A DNA stretch of 64,000 nucleotides, taken from positions 448,908-512,907 of the forward strand of contig OZ246417.1 in NCBI GenBank assembly GCA_965231105.1, written 5' to 3'. This stretch comes from an uncultured Candidatus Saccharibacteria bacterium. GTDB lineage: Bacteria > Patescibacteriota > Saccharimonadia > Saccharimonadales > JACDBH01. Numbering within the stretch: position 1 is the stretch's first letter; every line of letters starts with the position of its first letter. Shown here one piece after another: positions 11,563 to 21,085 of the stretch. The position numbers were made by a program, and so were the translations under genes. The notes beneath the pieces are model-generated. The model was not told the DNA's origin and made no database searches. It saw only the letters and a list, made by a program, of their open reading frames with translations.

Positions 11563-11610
11563 ATATATCTACGCTTAAGGGTATCTGGTTTTGACTTAGG
11601 GGTCTAGTCT

Positions 11611-12603
11611 TTAGTGAATATAGTTATAGCGACGAGCCTCATCCGGGCTCATGATACGGCTAGTTATTTGGAACAACTTCCAGTTACGGTTCATTTCTGA
11701 AATACGTACACTACCGTCGGCATATACTTCTTCAACATAGGCAACGTGCCCTGGAGAACGAGCGGTATCAGTTACCACGGCATCACCAGCTTGTGGGTTA
11801 CGATCATAACCTTGAGGAGCATTATCGTCCCAACGCCAAGCATCACCAAGGTTTGCAGGCAAAGGTTTACCAATTTCGATACGCTTATTAGCCACATACC
11901 ATGTACAGTAACCAGGCACATACCCGTTATAGCCATAGATTGCAGAAGTACCAAACGCAAAGCCGCTATAGTAGGTGGCAGAAAGAGCAGCTGGTGCAGC
12001 AACACTACCGTCTGGAATCACAATTCGTTCACCGACTTTAAGACCATTAACCTCTGCATCGTTAAACACGACGATTCTGTTACGATCTGCACGATATTTC
12101 GTTGCAAGATTTTCAGGCGTATCACCACTCTTCACCGTATGAACCACACCATTAACGGGAGGAATGATTAATACCGCGCCAGGGCTCAAGGTCGTGCGCG
12201 TAAGGCCATTAGACCACTTAATACTGTCGCTGGTTACCCCAAATTTGGTAGCCAGTGAACTCAAGGTATCACCTTGCTGTACCGTATAATCCTGAATATC
12301 AGCCTTGGTCTTAATTTGTGAGCTTAAGATCTGAGGCTTCGCCACAATTTCTGTACCACTTGAAATAGGCGTGGTTAAGTCACCACGAACTGAGTCGGCG
12401 TAGTTAATAACAAAGCCGGTTTCTGGCAAGCCAGCCATAATTGAAGCGTTAACCGCAATATCGGCAGCAGATAAGGTATCTAGCGGATTTGAAGCCTGAG
12501 AATTAGTTACTGATGTAACATCTCGCTTAATAGCATCGCTGTTTGGATTGCGCAGCACAAAAACAGCAGCAACCGCAACAATGGCGAGATTTCCTGCTAA
12601 CAA
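11611..12603 (-). CDS. Peptidoglycan hydrolase with two LysM domains and a C-terminal CHAP domain
   Basis: LysM repeats (YTVQQGDTLSSLATKFGV; HTVKSGDTPENLATKY). The CHAP domain has catalytic Cys (YCTWYVANKR) and His (GHVAYVEEV). The frame stays open upstream to 12745, so the real start is probably upstream (see finding). Confidence 0.85.
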   Translation of the reverse strand: MLAGNLAIVAVAAVFVLRNPNSDAIKRDVTSVTNSQASNPLDTLSAADIAVNASIMAGLPETGFVINYADSVRGDLTTPISSGTEIVAKPQILSSQIKTKADIQDYTVQQGDTLSSLATKFGVTSDSIKWSNGLTRTTLSPGAVLIIPPVNGVVHTVKSGDTPENLATKYRADRNRIVVFNDAEVNGLKVGERIVIPDGSVAAPAALSATYYSGFAFGTSAIYGYNGYVPGYCTWYVANKRIEIGKPLPANLGDAWRWDDNAPQGYDRNPQAGDAVVTDTARSPGHVAYVEEVYADGSVRISEMNRNWKLFQITSRIMSPDEARRYNYIH

Positions 12604-12811
12604 ACCGTAACGTATAAGACGCTTACGGTACCGCTTTGTAGTGGTAACACGGGTTAACTTAGTTCGTACTGATGAAGCCGAGTCAGAAATATTGGACGGA
12701 AGCCCGGCTACGCGTGTAAGTTTACGGATAATAATCTCCTTAAACTAAAAATACAAAACAACCTTACTTTGTACCCACTTACAGATGAGACACGTTAAGG
12801 TTGCATCAAAA

Positions 12812-12840
12812 AGTGTAGCAAAACAGACACTATAGGTCAA
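12812..12840 (-). promoter_or_regulatory. Sigma70-like promoter for the LysM-CHAP gene
   Basis: On the minus strand: TTGACC (12840-12835), a 17-nt spacer, then TACACT (12817-12812). It lies about 65 nt upstream of an AAGGAG RBS at 12741-12736. Confidence 0.4.
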
Positions 12841-12897
12841 TGAAGGAACAATTTTCTCACCTCTGTTAAATCAATCTACCACCCCTGTTATTGGCAA

Positions 12898-13995
12898 TTA
12901 GTTTCCACAGCCTTTTTTAAGGTGTTTATCGATATTAGCTTGATGCTCGTCAAAGGTGTTACTAAAGTATGTCACACAGTCATCTCCACTTACGAAATAG
13001 AGGAAATTTGTCTGGGCAGGTCGTGCTACCGCTTGCAATGAAGTTGCACTAACATTGCTCACCGGACTAGGCGGAAGCCCTTTATGGCTATAGGTATTGT
13101 AGGCAGATTCGTAACTCTCGTATTGATCAAGAATTTCGGCACGGGTGAGGCCTTTCAGCTTTCCTTCTAAGGCTGCCCCATAGAGAGTCGTCGCGTTTGA
13201 TTCAAGGGCCTTATCTTCTTTTAATCGCTTCAGAAATACTTGCGCTACTCGTGGTTTATCTTCGGGGTTAGCAGAACTTACTTCACCCTCTACGACAGAT
13301 GCCAAAATGATACCCTCATAAATATTTAGTCCTTGAGCGACAATTCCTGCGCGGACGTCAGGAGTGAGTGCCTTGGCCATTTCATCAAGCGCAGCAGCAA
13401 TAATCGTATCGGGCCGCGTTTCAGCAACACGCTGGTAGGAATCTGGGTACAAATAACCTTCAAGTGTGGCGGTAGTAGGCTTATCAACAAGCGCTGGATG
13501 GCCGCTATAATGCGCAGGTGAAAGTGCTGTATCCACCTCTTCTATGGTATAGCCGCCCGTTTCAATAAACGCATCTCGTATCTGATCAATGCGCTGCCCA
13601 GGGAAAATGGTAAAGAGTGATACATCTACTCTCCCCTCTACCAAATCATCCACGATCGAAGCCACATCCTGGCTCGTATTAAATCGGTATGTTCCCGCTT
13701 TCAAAGACTCGCCGAGTTCTTTGCTATTAACATACCGCTTGAACGCCCAATCTGCTTTAATGACTTTTTTCTGCTCTAGGTTCGTAGCAATTTGGTCTAA
13801 TGAAGAGCCGCTCGCAATGGCTACCACAATTTCTTCCCGTGCACTTACATCAACAGCTTTCAGATTATCAAGATACACGCGACGGACCGCAAAAAGAGTC
13901 ACGCCGCCAAGCACTACAAGACTTGCAGCGATCAATAACGCAATCTTGCGCCATCGTCGTTTCACTCCTCCATGCAATTTATAAGCCTTCATCAT
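12898..13995 (-). CDS. mltG: Endolytic murein transglycosylase MltG (YceG-like)
   Basis: 365 aa with an N-terminal TM anchor and a YceG domain containing LASVVEGE and the YNTY..GLPP.P motif. There is a 4-nt overlap with ruvX. Confidence 0.9.
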   Translation of the reverse strand: MMKAYKLHGGVKRRWRKIALLIAASLVVLGGVTLFAVRRVYLDNLKAVDVSAREEIVVAIASGSSLDQIATNLEQKKVIKADWAFKRYVNSKELGESLKAGTYRFNTSQDVASIVDDLVEGRVDVSLFTIFPGQRIDQIRDAFIETGGYTIEEVDTALSPAHYSGHPALVDKPTTATLEGYLYPDSYQRVAETRPDTIIAAALDEMAKALTPDVRAGIVAQGLNIYEGIILASVVEGEVSSANPEDKPRVAQVFLKRLKEDKALESNATTLYGAALEGKLKGLTRAEILDQYESYESAYNTYSHKGLPPSPVSNVSATSLQAVARPAQTNFLYFVSGDDCVTYFSNTFDEHQANIDKHLKKGCGN

Positions 13996-14417
13996 AGCGG
14001 TTCCACCGTAGCACCGGCCAACCAGTCCTGCAAGATATAGGTAGCGGCCAGTTTATCAATATCTCCCTTTTCATATGCTCCACCTTTTGCCTGCAACTCT
14101 TCTTCTGCAACTAATGAAGTTCCGGCCTCGTCCTGGAGGGCTAATGTTCCACTGAAACTTTCTTTGAGTTGTGAGGCAAATTCACGTACTGAAGTCGTTT
14201 GAGCAGTTTCCTGTCCGTCCATCCCGCGTGGCAATCCCACCACAATCGTCTCAGCATTATGTTCCTGGGCAAGATCCGTGAGCGTCTTAAAAATATCCGG
14301 TTCGGTTTGTCTATCAATCGTTGCCAAAGGGCGCGGGATGCGCGCTTCGAGATGTGCTATCGCAACGCCAATACGGCGCTCACCAATATCTAGCGCCAAT
14401 ACGTTACTGTCCGCCAT
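13992..14417 (-). CDS. ruvX: Holliday junction resolvase-like nuclease RuvX (YqgF)
   Basis: 141 aa. LALDIGERRIGVA N-terminus, and VVGLP..MDG motif. Confidence 0.9.
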   Translation of the reverse strand: MADSNVLALDIGERRIGVAIAHLEARIPRPLATIDRQTEPDIFKTLTDLAQEHNAETIVVGLPRGMDGQETAQTTSVREFASQLKESFSGTLALQDEAGTSLVAEEELQAKGGAYEKGDIDKLAATYILQDWLAGATVEPL

Positions 14418-16092
14418 TCCCGCTGTCGTTCTCCGATGGTTGATTAACGGTAGGTTTTTCGATGGTAATGATAATCTTTTTCGCAGCTTTTGGTGTAGAG
14501 AGCACCCAGAATGGTTTGTATTCGATGGTTACATCTTTAACACCTGGGAGATTGCCAATTAACTTCTCAGCGTCACCGCGCTTCTTACCCCGTATCTGGT
14601 CTTTAATAGATGCTTCATTTAGTTCAGGACCTGCGATTGCAATGGACTGAAGGGTTAGCTGTGCTTCGGTTGGACTCTTGCGGGCTTCAAGCCGAAGTGC
14701 AGCCTTGCTCAGACCGTCATCGAGAATACTTTGTTTTTCTGTATCAATCTTTGCGCTCACATCTTTTTTAATGAGCTGACTCAAATAATCACTGCGTACC
14801 CCAAGCACACTATAGGTAGTTTCGGCCGTCACAGTGACATCCGTTGCCTCTTCACCGACGGTTGGAGTAGCCTTAACAACTGGGCTACCGATTGTTCGAG
14901 TTTCGTCGAGACTCTGGAGTCCTTCAGATTGCAACTGTTGCTTTAGTTCATTCGTAGCATCCTGATCAAGTCGACCCTTCATACGAGCAACCGCACTATC
15001 TACATCATCTTGGCTTACTACTGTTACGAGATTGGTTGTACCGCCCGTCATGGCAGAACCGGTTCCGCTTAGCGTGCTTGCAAAGTTTGAGGTGTATTCA
15101 CGTCCAGCGCTTAAGTTTGATGCGGTGCCACCAGCAACAGCCGTAACGGCAATACTTGCACTGGCGTTCTTCTTACAAATACCACCGCTAGTAAAGTCAC
15201 TTGCGGGCACAGTAACAGCCTGGTTGCTACTAAATGAATAGCCACTGTTGCTGAATAAAGTTCCGGCAGGAGCTACCACAGGATCATCGGTACAGTTATA
15301 GGCCGTAATAGTGCCTGTAGCTTTTTCCCCGTTATCCTTTTTACCCGTAGCGGATATTGATTCGGTGTCAGTTTTCTTAAGCTCCTTAACCACCGCAGGC
15401 ACTTGAGCTTTATCGACATCAAGATTCTGGGTAGCCGTATTAGCATTAAAACTTATCGATGACGTAACGGTTGATGTATCAGTGGAGATAGTAATCACTG
15501 CTTTTGGCATTACTACCGCAGCGAAGAACCATGCGAACAGCAGTAAAATCAGTGCTCCGATACCTAAGAAAAAACGAGTTCGAAACTTATCGAAGTTTGG
15601 CACCTTAAAGCCAATAGCTGATTTCTTCTTTTTGGAGCCCGTTTCTGCTTTTACATCATCTTCAGGGGCATCATCAAGCTCGATAGTTTCCATATCGTCA
15701 TCAGTCTTAGAGGCGGCAAGTGTGCCAACTGCTTTTGACTTATCAATGACTGGTTCATCTTCGTCTTCACTAATCACCGGCTCCGTAGTATCCGTCTGGT
15801 CAGGAGGTGAGGGTATTTCTGGCTTACTTTGAAGTGTCTTTGCGACATGCAAGCCAACCGCTCCTGCAAGCGGCATAAGTCCTGCTTCTGAAGTAATCAG
15901 CACAATGCTTTTCTTGGCAGTAGCTGCCGATTTTTTAAGCAGCTTCATATTTACGATGCTTTGCAGTACCGTTGCACGTTTCGGCAACACCAATGCCACA
16001 ATCTTATCAGGAGCAGATTTTACCTTATCGATAATAGATGTTATCTCATCGTCGACATCGATATAAATTGTGTGTTTGCCATTCGAACTCAT
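14404..16092 (-). CDS. Membrane protein of unknown function, translationally coupled to the ftsA-like gene
   Basis: 562 aa. Layout: an ~95-aa cytoplasmic N-domain (IYIDVDDEITSIIDKV..VLPKRA), an acidic linker, one TM helix (FFLGIGALILLLFAWFFAAVVM) and an ~360-aa Thr/Ser-rich outer domain. The start overlaps the ftsA-like stop by 4 nt. Confidence 0.6.
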   Translation of the reverse strand: MSSNGKHTIYIDVDDEITSIIDKVKSAPDKIVALVLPKRATVLQSIVNMKLLKKSAATAKKSIVLITSEAGLMPLAGAVGLHVAKTLQSKPEIPSPPDQTDTTEPVISEDEDEPVIDKSKAVGTLAASKTDDDMETIELDDAPEDDVKAETGSKKKKSAIGFKVPNFDKFRTRFFLGIGALILLLFAWFFAAVVMPKAVITISTDTSTVTSSISFNANTATQNLDVDKAQVPAVVKELKKTDTESISATGKKDNGEKATGTITAYNCTDDPVVAPAGTLFSNSGYSFSSNQAVTVPASDFTSGGICKKNASASIAVTAVAGGTASNLSAGREYTSNFASTLSGTGSAMTGGTTNLVTVVSQDDVDSAVARMKGRLDQDATNELKQQLQSEGLQSLDETRTIGSPVVKATPTVGEEATDVTVTAETTYSVLGVRSDYLSQLIKKDVSAKIDTEKQSILDDGLSKAALRLEARKSPTEAQLTLQSIAIAGPELNEASIKDQIRGKKRGDAEKLIGNLPGVKDVTIEYKPFWVLSTPKAAKKIIITIEKPTVNQPSENDSGNGGQ

Positions 16093-17378
16093 ACGCTTAA
16101 TAACCTATTTATTCTTTCCCTAATTGAACCGCCGGTGTGATCAGGATTTTGCTGATTGATAGTATCAAGTCCAACGCGGAGTAAACCCATTGCGGTAACA
16201 AATGTATGGTCGTTGACATTACCGGTTTTGTCAACAATACCAGCTACTTGCTCGGGCTCAATTAACTGCACTGCAGGCTTTCGGGTAAATGGTAAAGATG
16301 TATACCAGCTTGTGGTCGTTAACTCATCCACTAACATGTCTAAGGACGCACCTCCACCACAAAGCAACAATCGGTGCGGCAAATGATCAAGTTTATTGAA
16401 TTCGTTTAAGGCTAATTCCACGCCGCTCAGCCAGACATCCAGGGTCTTACGAAGCGCATCCTGTAGTTGGCCTCGTTTATGCTCAGGAATCTTGTGGCTC
16501 TCAATTGCAAGTTTTAACTTTTCTGCCTGTTCAAATTCTAATCCTAAATCTCGCTCAATAGACCTCGTATAGGCACGGCCACCAATGCCAAACATCTTGG
16601 TGCCTTCAACACCACCCTCGTTTATAACCGCGATGTCAGTGGTACCACCACCAACATCCATTAAAATAGCGCTCATGTTTGCATTCGGGTCATTACCGAT
16701 AATACTGCGCGCAACCGCAAAGGGCTCTGCCGCTACGGCGATCAGATCAAGATCAAGTTCATGAGCCGTTCGCTCAAGCGCTCCTATGTGAATTAAAGGA
16801 GCGAAGGCAGTATAAAGTTGTACTAAAACATCTCTTCCTTGGAACCCTACAGGATTTGTCACATTATAGCCATCAATGGTAATGCTCACGAGTGCACTGT
16901 TCACTAAGCGGATTTCAACATCTTTTCCACCCAACTCCCAGGCCAATTGTTGTTTAGCCTTATCGAGTGCACGCTGTTGTACCAAGCCAATAATTCGTTC
17001 CACTTCGGCCATATCAAGCGGCTTCGAAGCTTCCTTACGAGTAAATTTAACCGTGGTAGTTGTACCCTTTACCAATTCGCCAGCGATACCAATAACCGTA
17101 CCCCGAACCGAAACACCTGCCATACTCTCAGCATCAGCAAGTGCTTTGTCACAGTTAGCAACAACACCGGCAATATCTGCAATCGCTCCAGCTTGCATAT
17201 CAGCCAACTGCTGATGGGCCCGCCCAACTCCCACAATCTCAATCACGTCATCTTTTACATGCCCAATCAGAGCCTTCACATTTTCGGTACCGATATCGAG
17301 TGCAACAATATGGCGTGGGGAGGAGTTTGCGTTTTTGTCTTTTGGCCGCAGACCCTTTAACTTCTTAAGCATATGCAT
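16089..17378 (-). CDS. ftsA: Actin-like ATPase, FtsA family
   Basis: 429 aa. Phosphate-1 VALDIGTENVKA, an SHS2/1C-like insert, the DVGGGTTDIAV and CGGGASL motifs, and a possible amphipathic C-terminus (IRERINRLLSV). Confidence 0.8.
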   Translation of the reverse strand: MHMLKKLKGLRPKDKNANSSPRHIVALDIGTENVKALIGHVKDDVIEIVGVGRAHQQLADMQAGAIADIAGVVANCDKALADAESMAGVSVRGTVIGIAGELVKGTTTTVKFTRKEASKPLDMAEVERIIGLVQQRALDKAKQQLAWELGGKDVEIRLVNSALVSITIDGYNVTNPVGFQGRDVLVQLYTAFAPLIHIGALERTAHELDLDLIAVAAEPFAVARSIIGNDPNANMSAILMDVGGGTTDIAVINEGGVEGTKMFGIGGRAYTRSIERDLGLEFEQAEKLKLAIESHKIPEHKRGQLQDALRKTLDVWLSGVELALNEFNKLDHLPHRLLLCGGGASLDMLVDELTTTSWYTSLPFTRKPAVQLIEPEQVAGIVDKTGNVNDHTFVTAMGLLRVGLDTINQQNPDHTGGSIRERINRLLSV

Positions 17379-17420
17379 CTTATTGTATCAGATTCATACC
17401 GAAGAACAGAGAGCGGCTAT

Positions 17421-17795
17421 TTAATAATCAGCTGCGGGCTTAGGTACATGCGGTGGTTGCCACCGAGTAACTCGCGGTGCCGGCACATCGCTTAAGAGTG
17501 GACTGTGTATTTCTTCATAGTACCGAGAGGTTTCCCATCTCTCGCGGCCAAGTTTGATCGTCTTCTCGACATCTTCATCTGAAAGATTTGCCTCAATAAT
17601 AATGGTGCCATCCTCCAGTACCTTACAGTATTCATCGCGATCACCACGGCCAAGCTTAAAAAATGCTGGTAAGTTCGCTTCCTTGTCTTCTTCATTAAAG
17701 CTGACTTCGGTCTGGTCAACAGTTTCAACGTGCGCCAAGAATACACCCGCCCGTACAATTCCATTCCGTCGGCCGACAGAGTGCTTTATTTCCAT
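17421..17795 (-). CDS. Hypothetical protein
   Basis: 124-aa ORF starting 4 nt after the alaS stop on the same strand. No recognisable motif. Confidence 0.5.
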   Translation of the reverse strand: MEIKHSVGRRNGIVRAGVFLAHVETVDQTEVSFNEEDKEANLPAFFKLGRGDRDEYCKVLEDGTIIIEANLSDEDVEKTIKLGRERWETSRYYEEIHSPLLSDVPAPRVTRWQPPHVPKPAADY

Positions 17796-17799
17796 ATGT

Positions 17800-19683
17800 C
17801 TACTCGAGTACGGCTTTTATCCTACGAATACCCGCGCTTGAAGCTTCTTCCTTGATGATCTTAAACTTTTTGCCATCTTCAAAGAGCTGCAGCGTGTGAT
17901 CTACATGAGGACCACCACAGATTTCAAAGCTAAACGGCTTATCTTCATTATCTGCAATCATCTTATATACCTTTACCGTATCGCCATAACGATCGCCAAA
18001 CTGGCCAAGCGCACCCATTTCCTCACGAGCAACCTTGGTAGGATATTCAGCCCAACTGACCTTTAGATCTTTAGCAATCTGCTCATTTACAATATCTTCA
18101 ACTTGTTTGATCTGTTCTGGTGTTACCTTTTCAGGGTGAGAAAAGTCAAAACGAAGACGCTCTTCAGTAATGTTGCTCCCATTCTGTACTACATGATCAC
18201 CCAACACATCACGTAAGGCCTGATACATAAGGTGCGTTGCGGTATGGTACTTCTTATGCTGCAACGACTGGCCACCGAGTCCACCCTTAAAGGTGCCTTT
18301 TGCGGCAGTTTGTGAGCGGGCTCGCTGCTCCGCCATAAGGTTCTCAAAGTCCTTCTGCCAGGTATCTGAAACTTTTATATCTTGTTTGAAGGCCTCTTCA
18401 ATACTTAGCTCTACGGGGAATCCATAGGTATCATAGAGTTTAAAGACCTCTGCTCCGGTAAGGCCATCTTTTGTTAATTTACCAAATTCTCGTACGCCAG
18501 CTCGTAAGGTCTGACGGAAAACCTTTTCCTCTTTCACCAATACTTCAATAACTTTGTCACGGTTTTCCTTAACTTCTGGGAAATCCTCTTTGTAGAGATC
18601 TGCGATAACCGGCACGACATTTTCCATGAAGTTCTGTTCAATGCCAAGTTCAAATGCAAAACGAATTGCCCGGCGCATTAGCCGACGCATCACATAGCCT
18701 TGTTCTTTGTTACTTGGCGTAACGCCATCAACAGCTAAGAAAGCGGCCGCACGTAAGTGGTCAGCAATCACGCGCATGCTGGTGGTATGACTTTCATATG
18801 TCTTGCCAGACAGTTTTTCTAATTCCTCAATAATGGGCCATAAAATACTGATCTTAAAAACATCAGGGCTATTAATTCTTGCGGCAGCTATGCGCTCGAG
18901 ACCGCCGCCAAAGTCCACATTCTTGTTTGGCAATAATTCAAAACCTTTTTCGGTACGAATGTACTCCATAAATACCGAGTTACCAATTTCCATATAGCGA
19001 CCACAATCACAGTTAGGATGACAGTGCTCGCCGAAACTTTTATCATGTTCGATTTGCTCAAACAGATAAAACACCTCGCTGTCTGGCCCACATGGCTCGC
19101 CAACTTTCACATCTTTTGGTGCACCATTGCGACTCCACCAGTTCTTTTCGTCATAAAAGAAAATACGCCCGCCTTGCTCGCCCACTTTATAGCCATTTTC
19201 TTCTGAGCCAATATCTACCTGTTTAGTATCTACACCCTTATCTGCAAACAGTCTTGTCCAGATTTCTGCACTTTCAGTATCCTTTGGTACAGCATATTCA
19301 GGAAAACCACTGCAGCACGTGACATATAGTCTATTAGGATCAAGACCCACCTTATCAACCAAGAATTCGAAGAACCACGGCAGCTGTTCTTTTTTGAAAT
19401 AATCTCCTAAAGACCAGTTACCGAGCATTTCAAAAAAGGTGGTGTGACGATTGTCACCCACATCATCGATATCTTGCGCACGTAGACAGGTTTGGCTATT
19501 TACAAGGCGCGTACCCTTAGGATGGGTTTCACCCAAGAGATAGGGAATAAGGGGCTGCATGCCAGAGCCTGTAAACAAAGTGGTTGGATCGTTATATGGC
19601 ACGAGGAGTGCACGCGGTATCTGGGTGTGCTTCTGCTTAGTAAAAAACTCTAAATAGTTCGAACGGATTTCTTGTGCGGTCAT
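17800..19683 (-). CDS. alaS: Alanine--tRNA ligase, short form lacking the C-Ala domain
   Basis: 627 aa. Class II catalytic core (FTGSGMQP, RCLRAQDIDDVG-like). Editing-domain motifs HTATHLM and CGGPHV lie close to the C-terminus. Confidence 0.95.
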   Translation of the reverse strand: MTAQEIRSNYLEFFTKQKHTQIPRALLVPYNDPTTLFTGSGMQPLIPYLLGETHPKGTRLVNSQTCLRAQDIDDVGDNRHTTFFEMLGNWSLGDYFKKEQLPWFFEFLVDKVGLDPNRLYVTCCSGFPEYAVPKDTESAEIWTRLFADKGVDTKQVDIGSEENGYKVGEQGGRIFFYDEKNWWSRNGAPKDVKVGEPCGPDSEVFYLFEQIEHDKSFGEHCHPNCDCGRYMEIGNSVFMEYIRTEKGFELLPNKNVDFGGGLERIAAARINSPDVFKISILWPIIEELEKLSGKTYESHTTSMRVIADHLRAAAFLAVDGVTPSNKEQGYVMRRLMRRAIRFAFELGIEQNFMENVVPVIADLYKEDFPEVKENRDKVIEVLVKEEKVFRQTLRAGVREFGKLTKDGLTGAEVFKLYDTYGFPVELSIEEAFKQDIKVSDTWQKDFENLMAEQRARSQTAAKGTFKGGLGGQSLQHKKYHTATHLMYQALRDVLGDHVVQNGSNITEERLRFDFSHPEKVTPEQIKQVEDIVNEQIAKDLKVSWAEYPTKVAREEMGALGQFGDRYGDTVKVYKMIADNEDKPFSFEICGGPHVDHTLQLFEDGKKFKIIKEEASSAGIRRIKAVLE

Positions 19684-19784
19684 GATGAGAGATTCCTTAA
19701 TTACAGCGTTAATAAAGCTATGAAATAAAAACTTCTAGCCTATCCGCGCATGCCGTAGCAGTTCCGTGACGAAAAACAATCATT

Positions 19785-19809
19785 ATCACCTCATTTTAAC
19801 AGAGGTGAT
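19785..19809 (-). terminator. Possible intrinsic terminator after the PQQ-dehydrogenase gene
   Basis: 8-bp stem ATCACCTC/GAGGTGAT with a 9-nt loop. On the minus strand a TTTTT run follows, but only after an 8-nt gap, so it is weak. Confidence 0.3.
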
Positions 19810-19843
19810 TAATTTTACCAATGTCGACTACTGTGTGAGCAAC

Positions 19844-21046
19844 TTATTCAGGAATAACTCTGATTATCTTATCTTGGCCGTTACCATTATCAGTAGTGAG
19901 ATACAGATTGCCATCCGGTCCTTCTAGTACGGTACGTATGCGGCCAAAATCATTCAAAATCTCTTTTTCTGAACCTATCGTACCATCGCCCTTTATTTGC
20001 ATAACAAGCACATGCCTACCTTTAAGCGCAGCAACTGCCGTCCAACCTTGCCACAAGCGCCAGTTGGAGTGTGTCAAGAATGTCATGCCCGAGACGGCTA
20101 TGGTTGAATCACCTGAATTCCATACCGCAGGAATCGCATCGGGATATTTCGAGGTATCGGTCATCGCAACCGACTCATCATAGCCCGCATTCTTACCTGC
20201 CGGATCCCAGCCAAAGTTACCAGGCTTGAGCCAGTTGATTTCATCCTGCTTATCCGGACCATGCTCAGTAGTTAAGCCAATTGCTCCATTACTCAGCGGT
20301 GAAGCAAGTAATACAATGCCTTGGATATTGCGATGACCATAGCTATAAATACGCGTATCAAAAGGAGCTGATAGGTTACCACTTACGCCCTTACCTTCGC
20401 GATCAACACGTAAAATCTTTCCTGCTAAGCTTTTCTGATCTTGGGCTGCGGTTCTCAGTGCTGAGTCTCCGGTTGTTACCCAGAGAACTTCCTCATCATC
20501 CATTACAAGCCGACATCCTGAATGCCGACCACCCTGACTTTGGATGTCGCTGATGATATCTTTGAAGTCACTGGCAGACTTAAAGTCTTCGCTAAGTGTA
20601 AAGCGAGCAACTCGTACGGTTCGTTTAGTACCCGCGATTGCGTTATAGCATACATATGCATAGCGGTTATCAATAAAGTCTCTGTCGATCGCAAGCCCCA
20701 TCAGACCACCTTCGCCTTCGGCACGAAGTTGTTGAGGCTTTAATATATTCCATCGTTCTTTAGTGGTAAGTGAAAGGCCAGCTATTTGTCCCCCACGCTC
20801 ATCAAAAATAACGGTATCTGTACTCACAAATTCAAGATCCCACGGATTGCTTAGATCCTCTAAAAGAGTCTCTGTTTTTAGTTTGGGCTCTCGTGCTGGT
20901 TGAGCGGTCTTTTCATTAACCGGCGCATCATCCCGTAAGAACTGCCACGCAAAAAATCCGCCGATCCCTAGCAATAAGACCGCACCAATTATCATGACGA
21001 TAATTGGCCTACTCATACCCCTCTGAAAATTTCTGTTTAATCGCAT
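19844..21046 (-). CDS. PQQ-dependent sugar (glucose/sorbosone) dehydrogenase-like beta-propeller, membrane anchored
   Basis: 400 aa with an N-terminal TM helix. Motifs typical of soluble aldose sugar dehydrogenases: PWDLEF, GLMGLA, HSGCRL, YGHRNIQG, NWLKPGNFGW. Confidence 0.75.
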   Translation of the reverse strand: MRLNRNFQRGMSRPIIVMIIGAVLLLGIGGFFAWQFLRDDAPVNEKTAQPAREPKLKTETLLEDLSNPWDLEFVSTDTVIFDERGGQIAGLSLTTKERWNILKPQQLRAEGEGGLMGLAIDRDFIDNRYAYVCYNAIAGTKRTVRVARFTLSEDFKSASDFKDIISDIQSQGGRHSGCRLVMDDEEVLWVTTGDSALRTAAQDQKSLAGKILRVDREGKGVSGNLSAPFDTRIYSYGHRNIQGIVLLASPLSNGAIGLTTEHGPDKQDEINWLKPGNFGWDPAGKNAGYDESVAMTDTSKYPDAIPAVWNSGDSTIAVSGMTFLTHSNWRLWQGWTAVAALKGRHVLVMQIKGDGTIGSEKEILNDFGRIRTVLEGPDGNLYLTTDNGNGQDKIIRVIPE

Positions 21047-21085
21047 CGTTTATATAGCATAAGCGATACCGCTCTTCATCGCAAT

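Noticed and set aside
19684-19843. Possible T-box leader upstream of alaS
   Set aside because: Only about 160 nt are available. I found no T-box consensus sequence or specifier-loop architecture. The single clear hairpin (19785-19809) is better explained as the terminator of the upstream gene.
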